This document shows positions 5,327-10,082 of a stretch of 10,082 nucleotides of DNA, in pieces. Both the position numbers and the translations under genes were made by a program. Positions within the stretch are counted from its first letter, which is position 1; each line of letters starts with the position of its first letter. The notes beneath the pieces are model-generated. The model searched no databases. It was not told the DNA's origin and worked only from the letters and a program-made list of their open reading frames with translations. Source of the stretch: Candidatus Eiseniibacteriota bacterium (lineage in GTDB: Bacteria > Eisenbacteria > RBG-16-71-46 > CAZEPH01); contig JBGATO010000115.1 in NCBI GenBank assembly GCA_044229145.1, forward strand, positions 1 through 10,082. The letters run 5' to 3'.

Positions 5327-7339
5327 ATGCATTCTCCCGCCACACGCATCCTCGCGACCGCCGGCGCACTCCTCTGCGCGGTGGCGACGGTTGCTCTCGC
5401 CGAGGTGCCCAACCTCACGCCGCTCGAACGCGCCATGCTGCAGTCCCCGCTCAAGGGCAAAGCACGCGTCGAGCAGACATCGACGCAGTACCCGTACCGC
5501 TACGTGGCGCCAGGCCTCCGCGTCACCGAGACGCAAGGGCCGGCCATCGCGCCGGGCGTCACCACCCGCAAGGACCTTCGCACGCACATCCTCAACTCCC
5601 GGCCATTGCCGCAGACCGGCGTCGTGCTCACCAATGGCGGCTTCGAGGCCGGCGATCTTTCCGGCTGGACGACCGCCGGTGCGGCCGGTACGGGCAGCGC
5701 GTCACTGTGCGGCGCGCCGATGACACCGGAAGCGCTCGTGATGACGCCGCAGGTCCTGCCGTTCGCCAACAACGACCCGCTGATGAATGCGGTCTACCAG
5801 GGTCAGTACGGCGCACGGCTCGGCGACGACCTCGCGTGGGGGTTCGACCCGTCCACCGAACCGCAGTGCAGCAGTATCTCGCAGGACGTGGTCATCCCCG
5901 CTGGCACGGTGAACTTCAACTTCGCGTACGCCGTGCTCGCCTCGAACCCCGGTCACGGCTACCTGTACGACCCGTACTTCAACGTGATGGTGGTCGACCT
6001 CACCGACGCCACCACGCTCTACAACGTCGTCGACTACACCACCTCGTACGACCCGCTGAACCCGTGCGCGCCGTGGTGCCTCGGCGGCTGGGACCCCAAC
6101 GGCGGATCGGACATCGTGTACCGGCGCTGGACGACCGTGTCGCTCAACCTGTCGGCCATCGCCGGGCACACCGTGCGGTTGTCACTGACTTCGAGTGACT
6201 GCTCGCCGTCGGCGCACTTCTGCGAGGCCTACCTCGATGGTGCGGGCATTGCCTGCCCGGACACCGACGCACCGGACGCCGTGACCCTGCAGGGCACCTG
6301 CGCGCCGGGCGCCGGCGACTTCTGCGCCGCGCTCACCTGGTTCGCCCCGGCGGACGCGTCGAGCGTGCCGGACACCACCGGCCAGTTCTGCGTGCCGATG
6401 GTGCAAGCGGCTGCCTACTACGACATCCGCTGGTCGATCCTGCCGATCCTGAGCGATGCCGACTTCGCCGCCGCCACGCAGGTGGTCGGCGAGCCGTCGC
6501 CCGCGGACCCCGGCACGCCGGAGAGCTTCACGCTGTGCGGTCTGCCCGGCGGCCCGGTGTACGTGGCGATGAAGTCGCTCGACGCCTCGTTCAACGCGTC
6601 GGCGATGAGCACGCTCGATCTCAACTGCATCAGCAACCAGCCGCCGGACTGCAGCGCGGGCGTGGCGAGCCCCGACATGCTGTGGCCGCCGAACCACCAG
6701 TGGGTGCCGGTCACCATCGCCGGACTCACCGACCCGGACGGCGACGCCCTGACCATCACCTACACCAGCGTCACGCAGGACGAGCCGCTCGACACCGTCG
6801 GCGATGGCAAGTTCTGCCCGGACGCGATGATCGCGAGTGACGGCTCGCTGTTGCTGCGCGCCGAGCGCAGTGGCACCAAGAAGGTGCCGGGCAACGGGCG
6901 CGTCTACGTGGTCGGCTACATCGCGTCGGACGGCGAAGGCGGGACGTGCAGTGGCACCGTCACCGTCTGCGTGCCGCACGACATGGGCAATGGCTCCGAG
7001 TGCATCGACGACGGACAGTTCGTCAGCTCGCTCGGCACCTGCGACGGCGATGGGCCGAACCTGCAGCTGAACGTCGTGACCTACGAAACGGCGATCACCG
7101 GCGTCACGCGGGGCGCGCAGAGCATCACGCTCGCCTACACGTTGGCCGCTGAAGGCGAGGCGTCGCTGGCGCTCTACAGCGCGGCGGGCCGTCGCCTCAG
7201 CGTGGTCGACAGCGGCCTGCGTTCGGCCGGCGAACACCGCGTGACCTTGCCGACCTCGGGCATCCCGAGCGGCATGTACTACGCGCGGCTCACCGCCGGG
7301 AAGGTCTCGGTGCTGCGGCCGTTCATGGTCGTGAAGTAA
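5327..7339 (+). CDS. secreted Cys-rich multidomain protein (670 aa): jelly-roll/CBM-like domain, FN3-like domain, LWPPNH domain, C-terminal T9SS/FlgD-like domain
   Basis: GGAG RBS at 5317-5320; signal peptide MHSPATRILATAGALLCAVATVALA; NGGFEAGDLSGWT; LTWFAPAD...YDIRWS...YVAMKSLDASFN; LWPPNH...QDEP...LRAERSG...GNGRVY; C-terminal ITLAYTL...LALYSAAGRRL...PSGMYYARLTAG...FMVVK. Confidence 0.9.
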   Translation: MHSPATRILATAGALLCAVATVALAEVPNLTPLERAMLQSPLKGKARVEQTSTQYPYRYVAPGLRVTETQGPAIAPGVTTRKDLRTHILNSRPLPQTGVVLTNGGFEAGDLSGWTTAGAAGTGSASLCGAPMTPEALVMTPQVLPFANNDPLMNAVYQGQYGARLGDDLAWGFDPSTEPQCSSISQDVVIPAGTVNFNFAYAVLASNPGHGYLYDPYFNVMVVDLTDATTLYNVVDYTTSYDPLNPCAPWCLGGWDPNGGSDIVYRRWTTVSLNLSAIAGHTVRLSLTSSDCSPSAHFCEAYLDGAGIACPDTDAPDAVTLQGTCAPGAGDFCAALTWFAPADASSVPDTTGQFCVPMVQAAAYYDIRWSILPILSDADFAAATQVVGEPSPADPGTPESFTLCGLPGGPVYVAMKSLDASFNASAMSTLDLNCISNQPPDCSAGVASPDMLWPPNHQWVPVTIAGLTDPDGDALTITYTSVTQDEPLDTVGDGKFCPDAMIASDGSLLLRAERSGTKKVPGNGRVYVVGYIASDGEGGTCSGTVTVCVPHDMGNGSECIDDGQFVSSLGTCDGDGPNLQLNVVTYETAITGVTRGAQSITLAYTLAAEGEASLALYSAAGRRLSVVDSGLRSAGEHRVTLPTSGIPSGMYYARLTAGKVSVLRPFMVVK

Positions 7340-7452
7340 TTCGCGGCTCCGCCGGAGCGCGTGCCGGGCGCGGTGCGTGCTCCGAGCGGCGCATGCAGAG
7401 CGGCCGGTCGCTTCTCGGCGCGGCCGGCCGCGTCGCGTGAGGAGGTGTGCAC

Positions 7453-7998
7453 ATGGCGAAGCGACGGATCGTGTTCGTCGTGCTGGCGGGACTCGCGTGC
7501 GGCATCGCGTGCTCCACCTGCGAGGCGCGGCTCGCGTGGAGCGGACACCCCGGCGGCGGCACATTCCTGCTCACCGAATCGGGCCTCTACGTGGGGACCG
7601 AACTCGGCGCACAGGCCGACATCGGCATCATGACGAACATCGCCGCCACGAGCGCCCTCGGCGTGACGGCGCATGGCATGATCGCCGGCGATGTCGACAC
7701 CGCGACGTGGGGCACCATGGGCGCGGCGGCGCGCTATCGCCGATGGCTCGGCGGCGGCTGGGTGCTGGACGGCGCGGCGCACCTGCAAGTGCGCGTCGTC
7801 GAGCGTGAGTGGGAAGCTCCGCGCCCCGGTGGCAGCCTGGCGATCGGCCGCGGCGACTGGATTGCGCTCTGCTTCGTCGTCGACCGCTACGAGACGCGCG
7901 AGACGGCGTATTGCCTCGGGATCCGGCTGGGGCGCTACCTGGGCGCGCCGGGGGCGCTGCTGCTCGCCACCATGGGCGTTGCCGAGGCGGCGCGCTGA
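7453..7998 (+). CDS. exported hypothetical protein, probably small beta-barrel-like (181 aa)
   Basis: AGGAGG RBS at 7440-7445; basic then hydrophobic N-terminus MAKRRIVFVVLAGLACGIAC; alternating amphipathic strands (MGAAARYRRWL, GGSLAIG, YCLGIRLG); hydrophobic C-terminal segment. Confidence 0.7.
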   Translation: MAKRRIVFVVLAGLACGIACSTCEARLAWSGHPGGGTFLLTESGLYVGTELGAQADIGIMTNIAATSALGVTAHGMIAGDVDTATWGTMGAAARYRRWLGGGWVLDGAAHLQVRVVEREWEAPRPGGSLAIGRGDWIALCFVVDRYETRETAYCLGIRLGRYLGAPGALLLATMGVAEAAR

Positions 7999-8017
7999 GC
8001 GGCAGCGGGACGGCCGG

Positions 8018-8047
8018 TTGCGGCGCACGGGTGCGATCGGGTAGCGT
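8018..8047 (+). promoter_or_regulatory. weak candidate sigma70 promoter for tRNA-Arg
   Basis: TTGCGG (8018-8023), 18 nt, TAGCGT (8042-8047), about 40 nt upstream of the tRNA. Confidence 0.3.
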
Positions 8048-8089
8048 TTCGACCTTCCCGTGCCCTGGCGAGGGCCGACCCTCCCGCGT

Positions 8090-8166
8090 GCGCCTGTAGC
8101 TCAGCTGGATAGAGCGAGGGACTTCTAATCCCTAGGTCGCAGGTTCGACTCCTGCCAGGCGCGCCA
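8090..8166 (+). tRNA. tRNA-Arg (anticodon TCT)
   Basis: Acceptor stem GCGCCTG/CAGGCGC; D-arm TAGCTCAGCTGGATAGAGC; anticodon arm AGGGA-CT-TCT-AA-TCCCT; T-loop GGTTCGACTCC; encoded GCCA. Confidence 0.98.
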
Positions 8167-8175
8167 TTCCGCAGA

Positions 8176-8784
8176 TCATTCCGCCACGAGTCCCGCCAAC
8201 AGCCGCCGCGCCGCCACCGCCGCGCGGGCGCGGTGGCTCCACACGTTCTTGGTCTCCGCCGGGAGTTCGGCCATCGCGCGGCCGAGCGGTTCGATGAGGA
8301 AGACCGGGTCGTAGCCGAAGCCTTCGCCGCCGCGCGGGGCGCGCAAGATACGGCCGTACACGGCGCCGCGCGCGAGCAATTCGCGGCCGTCCGGCGACAC
8401 CAGCGCCATGACGGTGCGAAACGCCGCGCGGCGCTTCTCGGTTGGCGTGTCGCCGAGTGCGTCGAGGAGTTTGGCGACGTTGTCGGCGTAGGTCGCGTTC
8501 GGCCCAGCGTAGCGCGCGGCGTGGTGGCCCGGCTTGCCGCCCAGAGCATCGACGAAGAGCCCGGTGTCGTCGGCGATCGCCGGCAGTCCGGTGACGGCGC
8601 ACACGGCGCGTGCCTTGAGGAGCGCGTTCTCCTCGAGCGTGTGGCCGGATTCGTCGACCTCGTCGCGCGGCGGGAGATCGTCAGGCCCGAGCAGCGTGAC
8701 GCCCGGCGTCTGCAACACGACGATCATCTCGGACGCTTTGTGCCGGTTCGCCGTCGCGAGGACGACGCGCTGCGGTGCGGTCAT
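8176..8784 (-). CDS. rdgB: non-canonical purine NTP pyrophosphatase, RdgB/HAM1 family (202 aa)
   Basis: [53 protein letters not shown] motifs; start codon overlaps the rph stop (ATGA, 8781-8784). Confidence 0.96.
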   Translation of the reverse strand: MTAPQRVVLATANRHKASEMIVVLQTPGVTLLGPDDLPPRDEVDESGHTLEENALLKARAVCAVTGLPAIADDTGLFVDALGGKPGHHAARYAGPNATYADNVAKLLDALGDTPTEKRRAAFRTVMALVSPDGRELLARGAVYGRILRAPRGGEGFGYDPVFLIEPLGRAMAELPAETKNVWSHRARAAVAARRLLAGLVAE

Positions 8785-9545
8785 CGCGCGGCAGGCGGCG
8801 GCGTCACGCCGAGGGCCCGCGCCTGCATCGTGAACAACTCGCCGATGCCTTTGGCACCGAGGTCGAGCATCGCGTCGAGCTGCGCGCGCGAGAACGGATC
8901 GCCTTCCGCTGTGCCCTGCACTTCGATGAGATTGCCCTGGCCGGTCATGACGATGTTGGCGTCGACTTCGGCGCGCACGTCTTCGCTGTACGGCAGATCG
9001 AGGTGCGGCTCGCCGTCGACGATGCCGACGCTGATCGCCGCCACGGCGTCGAGCAGCGGCCACTGCGCGAGCTGTCCCTTGCCCTGCATGTAGGTGAGCG
9101 CGTCGTGCAGCGCGATGTAGGCGCCGGTGATCGACGCGGTGCGCGTGCCGCCGTCGGCGTCGAGGACGTCGCAGTCGAGCAGGACCGTGCGTTCGCCGAG
9201 CAGGCCGCGATTGACCACGGCGCGCAGCGAGCGGCCGATCAGCCTCTGGATCTCGTGGGTCCGGCCGCTCGGCCCCTTGCCGTGATCGCGCGCGATGCGC
9301 GAGTCGGAGCTGCGCGGCAACATGCCGTATTCCGCCGTGACCCAGCCGATGCCTTGGCCGCGCAGGAACGGCGGGACGCGGTCCTCCACCGTCGCCGAGC
9401 ACAGCACGCGCGTGTGGCCCATGGCGATGAGCACCGAGCCTTCGGCGTGGCGCAGGAAACCGCGATCGATGGTAACGGGGCGCAGTTCGTCGAGCGCACG
9501 CCCGTCGGCGCGCACCACCGACGGCGAAGCGTCGCGAGTGGTCAT
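8781..9545 (-). CDS. rph: ribonuclease PH (254 aa)
   Basis: [70 protein letters not shown] motifs. Confidence 0.98.
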   Translation of the reverse strand: MTTRDASPSVVRADGRALDELRPVTIDRGFLRHAEGSVLIAMGHTRVLCSATVEDRVPPFLRGQGIGWVTAEYGMLPRSSDSRIARDHGKGPSGRTHEIQRLIGRSLRAVVNRGLLGERTVLLDCDVLDADGGTRTASITGAYIALHDALTYMQGKGQLAQWPLLDAVAAISVGIVDGEPHLDLPYSEDVRAEVDANIVMTGQGNLIEVQGTAEGDPFSRAQLDAMLDLGAKGIGELFTMQARALGVTPPPAAR

Positions 9546-10081
9546 GAAGTCTCCGAGGTGTGAGAGGCCGGCGTCGCCGGCGCGATGTCGGCACCCGTGG
9601 TGTCGCGGTCACCTTCGTCGTGCAGGCGCTCGTACCACGGCAAATCGGTTTGTTCGACCGGCCAGACCTGGCCGAGCGGCCGTCCAAGGAATGCCTCGCC
9701 GATGCGCGCGAAGTGCGGCCGCAGGTCGCTGACGAAATAGCGGTGCGTCGGCGGTGCGCCCGACGGCCGCGCGAGGTGTGCGTCGGCCAGCAGCGCACGG
9801 ACTTCCAGTGCCGCCTCGCGGCCCGAGTCGATCAGCGTCACGCCACCGCCCAGCGCGCGCGAGATGACCCCGGCGAGTAGCGGGTAGTGCGTGCAGCCGA
9901 GAATACAGGTGTCGACGTGCGCCTCACGCAACGGCGCCAAGTACTCGTCGGCCAGGACCTGCAGCGCGGCGTGGTCGATGAGTCCCTCCTCGGCGAATGG
10001 CACGAACAGCGGGCACGCCACCGCCGTCACCTGCGCATCGGGCCGTGCGCGCTGCAGCGCGCGGACGTACGCGCCGCTGCG
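9542..10081 (-). CDS. murI: glutamate racemase (5'-truncated by the window edge)
   Basis: RSGAYVRAL...[12 protein letters not shown]...[13 protein letters not shown] (second catalytic Cys motif)...LIDSG; frame open to the window end; stop overlaps the rph start (ATGA, 9542-9545). Confidence 0.96.
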   Translation of the reverse strand, partial: RSGAYVRALQRARPDAQVTAVACPLFVPFAEEGLIDHAALQVLADEYLAPLREAHVDTCILGCTHYPLLAGVISRALGGGVTLIDSGREAALEVRALLADAHLARPSGAPPTHRYFVSDLRPHFARIGEAFLGRPLGQVWPVEQTDLPWYERLHDEGDRDTTGADIAPATPASHTSETS

Positions 10082-10082
10082 C

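Noticed and set aside
2925..5723. 932-aa ORF as a single genuine protein
   Set aside because: The 5' part crosses gene C and its hairpin; the 3' part after 5069 is best explained by a frameshift and overlaps the next gene.
4125..7564. Long antisense ORFs (4125..5312, 6182..7564 and similar)
   Set aside because: Typical stop-poor shadow frames of high-GC genes; no recognisable motifs.
1619..8166. Prophage or integrative element at a tRNA
   Set aside because: No integrase, phage or transfer genes, and no direct repeat of any tRNA 3' end found by eye.
8176..9798. 540-aa ORF suggesting a fused or extended RdgB
   Set aside because: The upstream 338 aa are an alternative frame of rph and murI; RdgB homology begins at the ATG at 8784 that overlaps the rph stop.

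Overview
This is a very GC-rich (roughly 70% by eye) bacterial chromosomal segment. The C-terminal signatures of its secreted proteins suggest an FCB-superphylum candidate lineage such as Eisenbacteria, Latescibacterota or Krumholzibacteriota (inference). Housekeeping genes flank the window: ssb (-) on the left and a translationally coupled murI-rph-rdgB operon (-) on the right. Three tRNA genes lie on the + strand: Pro-TGG, His-GTG and Arg-TCT. Between ssb and tRNA-Pro is a secreted protein ending in an 'SWGxIKxLY' tail. Between tRNA-His and tRNA-Arg is a ~6.5 kb accessory block. It holds (i) three small tandem genes whose products all end in G-x-x-V-D-[VI]-x-[AGV], each preceded by an identically spaced sigma28/FliA-like element (CTC[AC]AG-N15-NNCGA[CT]); (ii) two large secreted multidomain proteins with FlgD-Ig/T9SS-like C-terminal domains, the first with an apparent 1-nt frameshift 10 codons before its natural stop; and (iii) a small beta-barrel-like protein. 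The three-gene array is the best candidate for an undescribed system. No integrase, transposase, CRISPR array or att duplication was seen.
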